A stretch of 31,601 nucleotides of DNA from Minisyncoccota bacterium (GTDB lineage: Bacteria > Patescibacteriota > Minisyncoccia > Minisyncoccales > UBA10102). This document shows positions 22,726 through 31,112 of this stretch, one piece after another; position 1 is the stretch's first letter; every line of letters begins with the position of its first letter. The notes under the pieces are model-generated. The model was not told the DNA's origin and did not search any database. It saw only the letters and a list, made by a program, of their open reading frames with translations. Location: the NCBI GenBank assembly GCA_036397395.1, contig DASWIZ010000038.1, positions 1-31,601 on the forward strand, in the 5' to 3' direction. A program made the translations under genes and the position numbers.

Positions 22726-24066
22726 ATGATAAAAAAGATTTTGTTTGTTTTTGTACTACTCGCCGTTGTTGCCCCGATTTTCGCATTCGCCCAAATCAAC
22801 CTGAACCTGGATTACCCCACGTTCGGCGGCGTAGACCTGAACACCAACCAGAACCTAAACACCGTTGTCGCCTGGCTGTACTATTTCTTTGTGGGCATCG
22901 CCGGCCTTGCAGCTTTTGTCATGATCGTGTGGGGAGGCATACAGTGGTTAACCTCGGGAGCCATCCCATCCCAAGCTTCTGAAGCCCGCGACAAACTGCG
23001 AGCCGCCATACTGGGACTTCTTCTTGTTTTAGCCTCGTTCCTTATCATACAGGTCATAAACCCCCAGCTTACCCTGTTAAACCAGCCCGGCCTAACCCAG
23101 TTCTTTGGCACAAACCCAACCCTTGACCTCCCAAGCTCCGGCGGCGGAGGATTTAGCGGCCCTGCCGGAGTAACAGCTCCTGGCATATACCTCTGTAGAG
23201 ATATTAACTGTACTTGCACAAATCCGGGCAACTGTGAAGAAGCAGTAGACTTTAACAACCCCATAAATCCTGGAGGGAACGACTATGTATACATTGACCC
23301 CGCAGCATTTCCTGGCGGAGCAATCTTTGACCTTGATAATTCAGCTCCTATATTAAACTGGGGAGATGAAGTAAGCGCTATTGGTATTATCGGCAACTCG
23401 GCGGTTCGCGCGAACAGAGACCAAAACTTTACAGCCATGGGTATTTGTTTTAACGGCGGAGTCGCAGATCTTAAAAAGTATCTTATGCAGGAAGATGTCT
23501 TTTTTATGGATGATGACTGGAATGACGCAATACACAGTATAGCTTTTTTCCCTCTGGGAACTCCAAATGGATGTCAAGACCCTAATCTTACCTTAGATAA
23601 GGATGCTCCGACTCCAGGAGTATCACACTTTCGACCCCAGCCAGCAGTATACCTTATCAATAAAACAGGATACGGAACAAGTGGTAATCCGCATTGGACT
23701 CCAGTTAATTACTACTGGCCAAACAGTACGGCTGATAGATTCAACCCTACACATAATAGTATTGACTGGCCGTCCCAATACAACTCTGTCGAACTTTCTG
23801 TATGGATAACCAGTGCTTCTGTCTGCGGTTCTGCAGGAAACGAAACATGTGCGGTAAAGTTCTATGAAGACACCGACATTATTACATCAGACACGGCTCC
23901 CGACTCTACTCACCAGACTATTTGTTTTAACCAATCAATGCCAGATCTTCTATTGTATACACTCCCACCCGCCCCAGACCTTCACCAGTCAGGGGTTGTA
24001 AAACAAGTTCGAGCCATACCGGCTTCTCAATGCCCACCCGCTATACACGCCCAAGTACAAGGCTAA
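22726..24066 (+). CDS. Secreted protein with an N-terminal VirB2/TrbC-pilin-like domain (signal peptide plus two TM helices) fused to a ~330-aa Cys-containing extracellular domain
   Basis: Signal peptide MIKKILFVFVLLAVVAPIFAFAQ. Two helices follow (VVAWLYYFFVGIAGLAAFVMIVWGGIQWL and ILGLLLVLASFLIIQVI). The C-terminal domain has at least 10 Cys and N/P/T-rich loops. Confidence 0.45.
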   Translation: MIKKILFVFVLLAVVAPIFAFAQINLNLDYPTFGGVDLNTNQNLNTVVAWLYYFFVGIAGLAAFVMIVWGGIQWLTSGAIPSQASEARDKLRAAILGLLLVLASFLIIQVINPQLTLLNQPGLTQFFGTNPTLDLPSSGGGGFSGPAGVTAPGIYLCRDINCTCTNPGNCEEAVDFNNPINPGGNDYVYIDPAAFPGGAIFDLDNSAPILNWGDEVSAIGIIGNSAVRANRDQNFTAMGICFNGGVADLKKYLMQEDVFFMDDDWNDAIHSIAFFPLGTPNGCQDPNLTLDKDAPTPGVSHFRPQPAVYLINKTGYGTSGNPHWTPVNYYWPNSTADRFNPTHNSIDWPSQYNSVELSVWITSASVCGSAGNETCAVKFYEDTDIITSDTAPDSTHQTICFNQSMPDLLLYTLPPAPDLHQSGVVKQVRAIPASQCPPAIHAQVQG

Positions 24067-24166
24067 CCCCTTACCTTAATGACAACACGGCGGGCGGGGT
24101 TCTTCGTCCACGCTTTCTAAAACCAGGGAGGTGGAATTTTGGTTGGTTTTGTGGTATGGTTGGGTA

Positions 24167-24628
24167 ATGCAAGAGATTATCCAGAAAAACCAAAAAGAAT
24201 TGCAGGAAATCTTCCAAAGGGGAGGGGTGGTTTTGGCATACCTGTTCGGCTCGCAAGTTCGCGGCACAACCCATCATTTCTCTGATATTGATATTGGCTT
24301 GTTGCTCGACAAGGATATCTCCAAGGACGCATATTTTGACAAAACCTTGGAGCTTGGGGGCAAGCTTGAGCATATCTTTGGCACCGAACATGTTGACGTG
24401 GCGGTCTTGAACCAGGCAAAACCTTTCTTGCGCTATCAAGTTATTTTTGGCGGCAAGCTTTTGTTTGAGAAAAATGCGGCTATAAGAATATTTTATGAAA
24501 ACAACGTAATGAAAGAATACCAAGATACCAAACATATTCTTCAGTTCTCGCTCAACGCCATGAAAGAAAGAATAAAGAGGGGTTCCTTTGGCATTAATCC
24601 GCGATCTGCTTATGGCCCCAGAAGTTAA
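24167..24628 (+). CDS. Minimal nucleotidyltransferase (MNT/Pol-beta superfamily) protein. Likely an antitoxin-type gene with no intact HEPN partner.
   Basis: LFGSQVRGTTHHFSDIDIGLL is the GS..D.D nucleotidyltransferase motif. The start is ambiguous: ATG 24167, TTG 24143 or the track GTG 24131. No downstream ORF follows. Confidence 0.6.
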   Translation: MQEIIQKNQKELQEIFQRGGVVLAYLFGSQVRGTTHHFSDIDIGLLLDKDISKDAYFDKTLELGGKLEHIFGTEHVDVAVLNQAKPFLRYQVIFGGKLLFEKNAAIRIFYENNVMKEYQDTKHILQFSLNAMKERIKRGSFGINPRSAYGPRS

Positions 24629-24760
24629 ATCTTCCATAATTTCCAAACTGCGCCAGCCATTTTTCGGGAGTTCGCGGGCGCGTTTAATGAGTTTCTCGAA
24701 AAAACCGACTAAACTTTCAGTTTAATCACCACGCGGGGATAGAGCATCTAGCCTGGCAGG

Positions 24761-24789
24761 TTGACAAGAAATGGGGGTTGTGATACATT
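24761..24789 (+). promoter_or_regulatory. Promoter (TTGACA, 17 nt, TACATT) upstream of nusA, with a ~150-nt leader
   Basis: ttgacaagaaatgggggttgtgatacatt. Confidence 0.45.
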
Positions 24790-24941
24790 TGACGTATTGA
24801 ATGAGATGTCCGCGACGCGGGCATTTATTTGTAAAAGCACGAAGCACGAAATCCGAAGCACGAAACAAGTTTTGAATTTATATATATTTTGGTATTTGAA
24901 TTTGTTTCGAATTTCGATATTCGTATTTCGAATTTAATTAC

Positions 24942-26123
24942 ATGATTGATTTTAAAAATTTCGGCGTATTGTTAGACAGTATTGCGGAGGAAAAAGGGCT
25001 TTCCAAGGAAAAAGTGCTGGAAACGGTGGAACAAGCCCTGGCCGCGGCCTACAAAAAAGAATTTGGCAAACGAGGCCAAAACATTAAAGCATCCTTGGAT
25101 TTGGCAACAGGGAATGTTGAGTTTTGGCAAATAAAACAGGTGGTGGACGAAAGCATGATTTATTCAGAGGAAGAACTGGAAGCAATGAAAGCAAAAGAAG
25201 GCGAGATCGAAGAAGAACCCGCCCTAGAGGAGGCTGAAGAAGGCAAGAAAATCCGCTTTAACCCGGAACGGCATATTATGGCAGAAGACGCGAAAAAAGA
25301 GCAAAAAAACGCCAAAGTGGGGGAAGAAGTTGAACTAAAATTGGATTCAAAAACCGACTACGGAAGAATTGCCGCCCAAACCGCAAAACAGGTTATACTG
25401 CAAAAAATTCGGGAAGCGGAACGAGAGTCTATTTTAGACGAATTTGAATCGAAAGAAGGCGAGCTGGTTTCCGGCGTGGTACAGCGCGTGGAGGGGCGCA
25501 TGGTGTTTGTCGACTTGGGCAAAACGCTTGGGTTGTTGTTGCAGGAAGAACAGGTGCCGGGGGAGTTTTACCGGATTGGGCAGCGCCTGAAGTTTTATGT
25601 ACTGAAAGTAGAGGATTCTCCCAAAGGGCCCTCGGTATTTCTTTCCCGGGCATACCCCAAATTTATTTCAAAGTTATTTGAACTTGAGGTTCCCGAAACT
25701 GCCGCGGGAACAGTAGAAATAAAAGGAATAACCAGGGAACCGGGTTCCCGGACAAAGATAGCGGTAACCTCAAGCGCGGACGGGGTGGATCCGGTAGGAT
25801 CTATGGTTGGCCAGCGCGGCACCAGGGTATCGGCGGTCATTAACGAACTGGGAGGGGAAAAAATTGACATTATTGAATGGGCCCAGGATCCGGAAGTGTA
25901 TATTGCAAACGCATTGTCTCCCGCAAAGGTTTTACAAGTCGAAATTGAGGAAAAAAATAAGGCGCAAGCGATAGTTGCAGAAGACCAGCTGTCTTTGGCA
26001 ATTGGACGGGACGGCCAAAACGTCAGGCTGGCCGCAAAGCTTACGGGCTGGAAAATTGACGTGCGAACTCCCGAAGGAAACGTGCAGAAAACCGGAGAAC
26101 CGGAAACAGAGTCTGAAGAATAA
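24942..26123 (+). CDS. nusA: Transcription termination/antitermination factor NusA
   Basis: N-terminal domain, S1 domain (GELVSGVVQRVEGRMVFVDLG) and two KH domains (GSRTKIAVTS..VDPVGSMVGQRGTRV..; AIGRDGQNVRLAAKLTGWKIDV). Confidence 0.9.
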   Translation: MIDFKNFGVLLDSIAEEKGLSKEKVLETVEQALAAAYKKEFGKRGQNIKASLDLATGNVEFWQIKQVVDESMIYSEEELEAMKAKEGEIEEEPALEEAEEGKKIRFNPERHIMAEDAKKEQKNAKVGEEVELKLDSKTDYGRIAAQTAKQVILQKIREAERESILDEFESKEGELVSGVVQRVEGRMVFVDLGKTLGLLLQEEQVPGEFYRIGQRLKFYVLKVEDSPKGPSVFLSRAYPKFISKLFELEVPETAAGTVEIKGITREPGSRTKIAVTSSADGVDPVGSMVGQRGTRVSAVINELGGEKIDIIEWAQDPEVYIANALSPAKVLQVEIEEKNKAQAIVAEDQLSLAIGRDGQNVRLAAKLTGWKIDVRTPEGNVQKTGEPETESEE

Positions 26124-26124
26124 T

Positions 26125-27141
26125 ATGAAAGTTGCAAAAAAACAATTGCCAAAGTCCCAGGTCCAGCTTGACGTTTCTTTAGAGCCGGCGGAGTTTGAAA
26201 AACACCGAACAGCGGCCACAGCCGTTTTGGCAAAAGATATGCGCATGGAAGGGTTTCGACCCGGACATGTCCCAATAGCTGTCGCGGAAAAGCAGTTAGG
26301 ACAAGGGGCTATTTTAGCCAAAGCAGCACGGCTGGCGATTGGTGAAGCCTATGCGGGTATTCTTGAAGAACAGCAGGTAGACGCAATAGGAGAACCGGAA
26401 GTGCATGTGCTAAAATTGGCTCCCGGAAACCCGTTGGAGTTTCAAATAAAAGTAGCGGTCCTTCCCTATATTGAACTTCCAGAATATAAAGAAATTGCCA
26501 AGGCAACAGAAAAAAGAAAGGTGGAGGTGCGGGAAAAAGAGGTGCAAGACGCGTTAGAATGGTTGAAAGAAAGCAGAAAAACCAAAGACGGGGTAACTCT
26601 TGAATTGGATGACGATTTTGCGAAAACCGTGGGAAATTTTACCGATGTGGCGAGCCTGAAAGAAAGCATCGCGGAAGGGTTGCGGCACGAAAAAGAGTTG
26701 CGGGAAAAAGAACGTTTCCGCCAGGAAATTTTGGAAAAAATAGCAGAACAGGCGCGCCTTGATATTCCCGATATGCTGGTTGAGCGGGAAAAACAGGTGT
26801 TATTGCAGAACGTAAAACAAGGAGTAGCCCAAACGATGGGTATTCCTTTTCAGCAGTATTTGACCCAGACTGGGAAAACCGAGACAGAACTGCTTGATTC
26901 TTTCGAGCAGGAAGCCGCAAAACGGGTAAAGCGCTTCCTGGTGTTACGGGAAGTGGCAAAAAAAGAAGGGATTACTCCAGGCGAAGAGGAGATTGAAGAG
27001 CACGCAAACGCCATTATACGCCATTACAAGGACGCCGGAAAAGCGGAGAAAGATATCGACCCCGTGCGGTTAAAAGAATATGCGGAAGGCGTTATTCGGC
27101 ACGAAAAAACCCTGCAATTCCTCGAAAGTCTTGCAGTATAA
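26125..27141 (+). CDS. tig: Trigger factor, short form apparently lacking the PPIase domain
   Basis: The N-terminal ribosome-binding signature GFRPGHVP is present. ATG 26125 lies 2 bp after the nusA stop. The track ORF upstream of it overlaps nusA. At 338 aa it is short of the ~430 aa expected, and the N domain runs directly into C-domain-like sequence. Confidence 0.75.
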   Translation: MKVAKKQLPKSQVQLDVSLEPAEFEKHRTAATAVLAKDMRMEGFRPGHVPIAVAEKQLGQGAILAKAARLAIGEAYAGILEEQQVDAIGEPEVHVLKLAPGNPLEFQIKVAVLPYIELPEYKEIAKATEKRKVEVREKEVQDALEWLKESRKTKDGVTLELDDDFAKTVGNFTDVASLKESIAEGLRHEKELREKERFRQEILEKIAEQARLDIPDMLVEREKQVLLQNVKQGVAQTMGIPFQQYLTQTGKTETELLDSFEQEAAKRVKRFLVLREVAKKEGITPGEEEIEEHANAIIRHYKDAGKAEKDIDPVRLKEYAEGVIRHEKTLQFLESLAV

Positions 27142-27157
27142 TCCAAATTACACCACC

Positions 27158-27748
27158 ATGAATCTCATTCCTACTGTTATAGAAAAGTCACAATACGGAG
27201 AGCGCGCCTACGACATTTACTCCAGGCTTTTAAAAGAGCGCATTATTTTTTTGGGCAGCCCCATTAACGATATGGTGGCAAATTCGGTTATTGCCCAAAT
27301 GCTGTTTTTAGCTTCCAAAGACCCTAAAAAACCCATACAACTGTACTTAAATACTCCGGGCGGAATCGTTACGGGCGGCCTGGCTATTTACGACACCATG
27401 CGGTATGTAAAATGCCCTATTTCTACCGTATGCGTGGGTATGGCGGCTTCCATGGGCGCGGTACTGCTTGCTGCCGGCGAAAAGGGAAAGCGTTTTGCTT
27501 TGCCTAACTCCCAGATTATGCTGCATCAGCCTTTGGGAGGGGCGCAGGGCCAGGCCGTGGAAATTGAGATTACGGCCAAACAAATTGTAAAAATACGGGA
27601 GCGCCTGAACAACATATTGTCAAAACACACGGGCCAGTCGTTAGAAAAGGTGGAAAAAGATACGGACCGCGATTTTTACCTGGACGCCAAAGAAGCAAAA
27701 GAATACGGTATTATCGACAAAGTTATAGAGGAGAAAAGCGGGGCATAA
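27158..27748 (+). CDS. clpP: ATP-dependent Clp protease proteolytic subunit ClpP
   Basis: GMAASMG (catalytic Ser), MLHQP (His) and LYLNTPGG are present. ATG 27158 is in frame with the track ORF. Confidence 0.9.
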   Translation: MNLIPTVIEKSQYGERAYDIYSRLLKERIIFLGSPINDMVANSVIAQMLFLASKDPKKPIQLYLNTPGGIVTGGLAIYDTMRYVKCPISTVCVGMAASMGAVLLAAGEKGKRFALPNSQIMLHQPLGGAQGQAVEIEITAKQIVKIRERLNNILSKHTGQSLEKVEKDTDRDFYLDAKEAKEYGIIDKVIEEKSGA

Positions 27749-27757
27749 CCCGCTTTT
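27734..27757 (+). terminator. Terminator hairpin overlapping the clpP stop
   Basis: aaaagcggg-gcataa-cccgctttt, followed by gggttttg. Confidence 0.5.
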
Positions 27758-27765
27758 GGGTTTTG

Positions 27766-27802
27766 ACCCCGCACTTTTCACGCGCTAGGAAAGGTGCGGG
27801 GT
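27766..27802. repeat. Second copy of the accccgcac...gtgcggggt palindrome; functions as a terminator-like hairpin abutting the rny promoter
   Basis: accccgcac-ttttcacgcgctaggaaag-gtgcggggt followed by ttt. The core matches the hairpin at 5819-5862. Confidence 0.55.
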
Positions 27803-27803
27803 T

Positions 27804-27832
27804 TTGACAAATGGGGGGAGTTTTGGTATGCT
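27804..27832 (+). promoter_or_regulatory. Promoter (TTGACA, 17 nt, TATGCT) for rny
   Basis: ttgacaaatggggggagttttggtatgct. Confidence 0.45.
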
Positions 27833-27899
27833 GGCGGCAGAGAAATTTATTTTGACTTTTGGACACACACAATGGAAATCCAACTGATCAACCACATAT

Positions 27900-29432
27900 A
27901 TGACCGAACAATTAGTCTGGCTTGCGACGGGTGTGTTTGCGCTTGTCGGGGGCTCTCTATTAGGGTATTTCGCTCGACAATCCATTGCCAGGAGACGGGC
28001 AGGGACCATAGAGCAAAAACTTCAACAGAAAGTTAAGGAAGCCGAACAGCAAACAGAGGAAATTCTTTCTGCCGCAAGGGATAAGGCAAAAGAGGTGGTA
28101 GAGGCGGCAAAAACAGAAGAAGAAAAAAGGCGGCAGGCTTTTTTAAAAACAGAACAAGTACTCCTTCAAAGGGAAGAAACGCTTGGCAAGCGGAATTTTG
28201 AGTTTGAGAAAAAAGAAAACGGCTTGCTCCAAAAACTCCAGGAAACTGAAAAAAGAGAACAGGGCCTGGAAAAAGAAAGGGAAGAAATTACCAAAAAACT
28301 CGAATACGCAGCCAGTCTTTCCAAGGAACAGGCAAAAAAAGAACTGATTGCCCAGGTAGAAAAAAGCATGGAGCAGGACATTATGGGCCGTATTCGAAAG
28401 TTAGAGGAAGAAGGGCAGGAACGGTTTGAACGGCGCGCGAAAGAAATTGTCGCCTACGCTATCCAGAAAACCGCGGTTTCCCAAACCCAGGAAATTACCA
28501 CGACCACGGTACAGCTTCCCTCTGAAGATTTGAAAGGAAAGATTATTGGAAAAGAAGGAAGAAACATCCGTTCGTTAGAGCGTTTGGCAGGAGTGGAAAT
28601 TATTGTGGACGAAACTCCGGAAGCCGTGGTGATCTCTGGGTTTGACCCTTTGCGGCGCCACATTGCCAAAGTAACCCTGGAACGCCTTATTAAAGACGGA
28701 AGAATTCACCCGGCTCGGGTGGAAGAAGAAGTTGCCAAAGTACAGTCTGAAATTGAAAGCCAGATAAAGGAAGCGGGAGAAGCCGCGGTGTATGACCTGG
28801 GTATTGTAGGTATTGACCCCAAATTGGTGCAACTGCTTGGCCGCTTGAAATTTCGGACCAGCTACGGACAAAACGTGTTGATGCACTCTATCGAGGTAGG
28901 ACATTTAGCCGGCGCTTTGGCCGCGGAAGTAGGGGGAAACATAAACGTGGCGAAAAAAGGCGGCTTGTTCCATGACATTGGAAAAGCGCTTGATCACCAG
29001 GTAGAAGGGTCGCACGTTGAAATCGGCATACGTATTTTAGAGAAATTCGGGGCGGAAAGGGAAGTCATAGACGCCATGAAGTCCCACCACGAAGATTATC
29101 CGTATGAATCCATTGAAGCGGTGCTGGTTCAGGCGGCTGACGCCATTTCCGCTTCCCGGCCCGGGGCAAGGAAAGACACATTAGAAAACTATTTAAAACG
29201 AATTGGAGAACTTGAAGGCATTGCTTCTGGTTTTGAAGGGGTTGAAAAGGCATACGCGATTCAAGCGGGGCGAGAAATTCGCGTGTTTGTGGAGCCTGAA
29301 AAAATAGATGACCCGGGAGCCCAACGTTTAGCCCGGGACATTGCCAACCGTATTCAGGAAGAGCTGCGCTACCCCGGGGAAATTAAGGTTACGCTGGTGC
29401 GCGAAAACAGATTTATAGAGTATGCCCGCTAG
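27900..29432 (+). CDS. rny: Ribonuclease Y
   Basis: N-terminal TM (LVWLATGVFALVGGSLLGYFA), coiled coil, KH domain (KGKIIGKEGRNIRSLERLAGVEIIVD) and HD domain (HSIEVGHLAGALA...HDIGKA). Confidence 0.9.
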   Translation: MTEQLVWLATGVFALVGGSLLGYFARQSIARRRAGTIEQKLQQKVKEAEQQTEEILSAARDKAKEVVEAAKTEEEKRRQAFLKTEQVLLQREETLGKRNFEFEKKENGLLQKLQETEKREQGLEKEREEITKKLEYAASLSKEQAKKELIAQVEKSMEQDIMGRIRKLEEEGQERFERRAKEIVAYAIQKTAVSQTQEITTTTVQLPSEDLKGKIIGKEGRNIRSLERLAGVEIIVDETPEAVVISGFDPLRRHIAKVTLERLIKDGRIHPARVEEEVAKVQSEIESQIKEAGEAAVYDLGIVGIDPKLVQLLGRLKFRTSYGQNVLMHSIEVGHLAGALAAEVGGNINVAKKGGLFHDIGKALDHQVEGSHVEIGIRILEKFGAEREVIDAMKSHHEDYPYESIEAVLVQAADAISASRPGARKDTLENYLKRIGELEGIASGFEGVEKAYAIQAGREIRVFVEPEKIDDPGAQRLARDIANRIQEELRYPGEIKVTLVRENRFIEYAR

Positions 29433-29442
29433 GCTGTGAAAA

Positions 29443-29468
29443 AACTTCCCCTTGCGGGGAGTTTTTTG
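29443..29468 (+). terminator. Rho-independent terminator after rny
   Basis: aaacttcccc-ttgc-ggggagtttttt. Confidence 0.55.
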
Positions 29469-29490
29469 TTGTGCTAGAATTTTGTTCGAT

Positions 29491-30177
29491 ATGGAAGAAA
29501 CAATATCTCATGGAGCGGATGTCTCCACTTTTTTATGGATTGCCGTTATTTTGCTGGCGGCAAAGCTGGCGAGTCTGGTAGAAAAATTTGGCCAGCCTTC
29601 GGTTCTTGGCGAGCTGGTTATGGGCGTTATTCTTGGGAACCTGGCGTTGGTGGGCATTACGGTTTTAGAACCCATACAGCACGATTCTATTATTACGTTT
29701 TTGGCGGAATTGGGGGTGGTTATACTGTTATTCCAGATAGGTTTAGAGTCTAATATCTCAAAAATGAAAAAAGTGGGCGCGCGCGCGTTTTTGGTTGCTA
29801 CCATTGGCGTTGTCGCGCCGTTTACGCTGGGAACGTACGTGGTGGGGCCGTGGCTTTTGCCGGGATTAAGCCAAAACGCCTACCTGTTTTTGGGAGCCGC
29901 GTTAACGGCAACGTCCGTGGGCATTACCGCCGCGGCCTTTTTGGGGAAAATCGTCGCAGGCTTGGCGGCCGTCAAGGGAGACCGGTTGCTTGTGGGATTC
30001 GGCATGATTCCAAGAGGCGAGGTGGGGTTAATTTTTGCCACCATTGGAGCTTCTTTGGGCGTAATTTCGCCCAACGTATTCTCGGTTATCGTCATTATGG
30101 TTATACTTACCACCCTGCTTACCCCGCCGGTGCTTACGTTTTTGCTCAAACGCCAACCTGTTGCGGCTGCCGTATAA
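29491..30177 (+). CDS. Cation:proton antiporter (CPA1/2-like) family membrane protein, only ~6 TM; possibly truncated
   Basis: ATG 29491 (MEETISHGADVSTFLWIAVILLAAKLASLVEKFGQPSVLGELVMGVILG) matches the N-terminal signature of Na+/H+ or K+/H+ exchangers. The track start is a TTG inside the terminator. At 228 aa it is short of the ~400 aa expected. An extended -10 tgtgctagaat lies upstream. Confidence 0.45.
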   Translation: MEETISHGADVSTFLWIAVILLAAKLASLVEKFGQPSVLGELVMGVILGNLALVGITVLEPIQHDSIITFLAELGVVILLFQIGLESNISKMKKVGARAFLVATIGVVAPFTLGTYVVGPWLLPGLSQNAYLFLGAALTATSVGITAAAFLGKIVAGLAAVKGDRLLVGFGMIPRGEVGLIFATIGASLGVISPNVFSVIVIMVILTTLLTPPVLTFLLKRQPVAAAV

Positions 30178-30253
30178 GTTTCTCGAACAAAAACAGTTGC
30201 TGAAAGACAGGAAAAATGGTATACATACCCTACGAAGCGGGATATACCGCAAG

Positions 30254-30324
30254 CGGGATATAGTGTAACGGCAGCACGAGTCCTTTGGGAGGATTTAGTC
30301 TCGGTTCAAATCCGAGTATCCCGA
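30254..30324 (+). tRNA. tRNA-Pro (anticodon UGG)
   Basis: Hand-folded: acceptor CGGGATA/TATCCCG (the C1:G72 pair typical of bacterial tRNA-Pro), U8 A9, anticodon arm AGUCC-UUUGGGA-GGAUU, T-arm CTCGG-TTCAAAT-CCGAG, discriminator A. 71 nt. No encoded CCA. Confidence 0.65.
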
Positions 30325-30389
30325 CCCTTCGACAAGCTCAGGGTCTGCGACGTTGAGCGCAGGAGAAGGGCCCTGAGTTTATCGAAGGG
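30325..30389. repeat. Long imperfect hairpin (19-bp arms, 17/19 paired) immediately 3' of tRNA-Pro
   Basis: cccttcgacaagctcaggg ... ccctgagtttatcgaaggg, with an inner stem ctgcg/cgcag. Confidence 0.6.
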
Positions 30390-30404
30390 CTGCAATTAAT
30401 TATT

Positions 30405-30659
30405 ATGTACGAAGTATACATTCTTCGCGGTCCAAAGAACCACCTTTATGTAGGAGTAAGCTCAAACGTTGTATCGCGGGTTAAGCGGCACCAAAGCGGT
30501 GACGGCGCAGAATTTACTAAGCGAACACAAAGCTTCGAACTGGTATATCGTGAATCATTCAAGACGCTGCGAGAAGCGCGTGGGAGAGAACATCAAATTA
30601 AAGGGTGGCGAAGAGAAAAGAAAGAAAATTTGATAAAGTACGGCAAACCAATTATTTAA
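30405..30659 (+). CDS. Small GIY-YIG nuclease-domain protein
   Basis: VYILRGPKNHLYVGVSSNV..RVKRHQ..REHQIKGW are the GIY...YIG/Arg/Glu motifs. 84 aa, wedged between two tRNA genes. Confidence 0.65.
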   Translation: MYEVYILRGPKNHLYVGVSSNVVSRVKRHQSGDGAEFTKRTQSFELVYRESFKTLREARGREHQIKGWRREKKENLIKYGKPII

Positions 30660-30664
30660 GAATT

Positions 30665-30738
30665 GCGGGTGTAGCACAGTGGTAGTGCATCAGGTTTCCA
30701 ACCTGACCACGAGGGTTCGATTCCCTTCACCCGCTCCA
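30665..30738 (+). tRNA. tRNA-Gly (anticodon UCC)
   Basis: Hand-folded: acceptor GCGGGTG/CACCCGC, D-arm GCAC-AGTGGTA-GTGC, anticodon arm TCAGG-TTTCCAA-CCTGA, T-arm GAGGG-TTCGATT-CCCTT, discriminator U, encoded CCA. 74 nt. A short hairpin and T-run at 30741-30775 follow. Confidence 0.8.
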
Positions 30739-30830
30739 CTATATCAGGAAAAGCTGATATGTGAGCTCAATTTTTCGTAGAATTCAGATCACAAGTTTGA
30801 CTTTCAGTACCAACATGGTACAAAGAAGGT

Positions 30831-31112
30831 ATGAAACAGACATCACTAAGCTACAATTCGAGTCCTCTGTTCAAAGGAGGAGGCATTGTAGGCAAAAAGC
30901 CGTCCTTCTTGTTAGGGGTTGCCCAGCTTGTAGATTTCATGAATGTCCTGTCAAAAGACTACGTTAGAACTCTGGACAGGGAAGACATTGACATTCTCTC
31001 CATTGCTTCAGACTGGGATACGGTTGGACGCGACCTCAAAGTATCCATTGACTTGTATGAGCAAGAAGAAAAAGAAAAGGCAGCAAAACAACGTACCCTT
31101 GCCTTCGCCTAA
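30831..31112 (+). CDS. Hypothetical protein (93 aa). The start is uncertain.
   Basis: Protein-like composition. It overlaps the 5' end of the DUF2335 ORF in another frame. Confidence 0.25.
   Translation: MKQTSLSYNSSPLFKGGGIVGKKPSFLLGVAQLVDFMNVLSKDYVRTLDREDIDILSIASDWDTVGRDLKVSIDLYEQEEKEKAAKQRTLAFA

Noticed and set aside
24071-24646. 191-aa minus-strand ORF
   Set aside because: It is fully antisense to the MNT nucleotidyltransferase gene, which has a clear catalytic motif. It is spurious.
24629-24720. A short in-frame stretch after the MNT gene (..IFREFAGAFNEFLEKTD*) that could be a HEPN/DUF86 remnant
   Set aside because: It is only ~25 codons with no start, and the similarity is too weak to call. 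I left it as an orphan MNT.
25975-26124. The extended N-terminus of the track ORF 25975..27141, overlapping nusA
   Set aside because: It overlaps the 3' end of nusA in another frame. The trigger-factor homology begins at ATG 26125, right after the nusA stop.
30761-30967. 68-aa ORF after tRNA-Gly
   Set aside because: It is Arg/Cys-rich with odd composition. It overlaps the tRNA terminator region and the more protein-like 30831 ORF.
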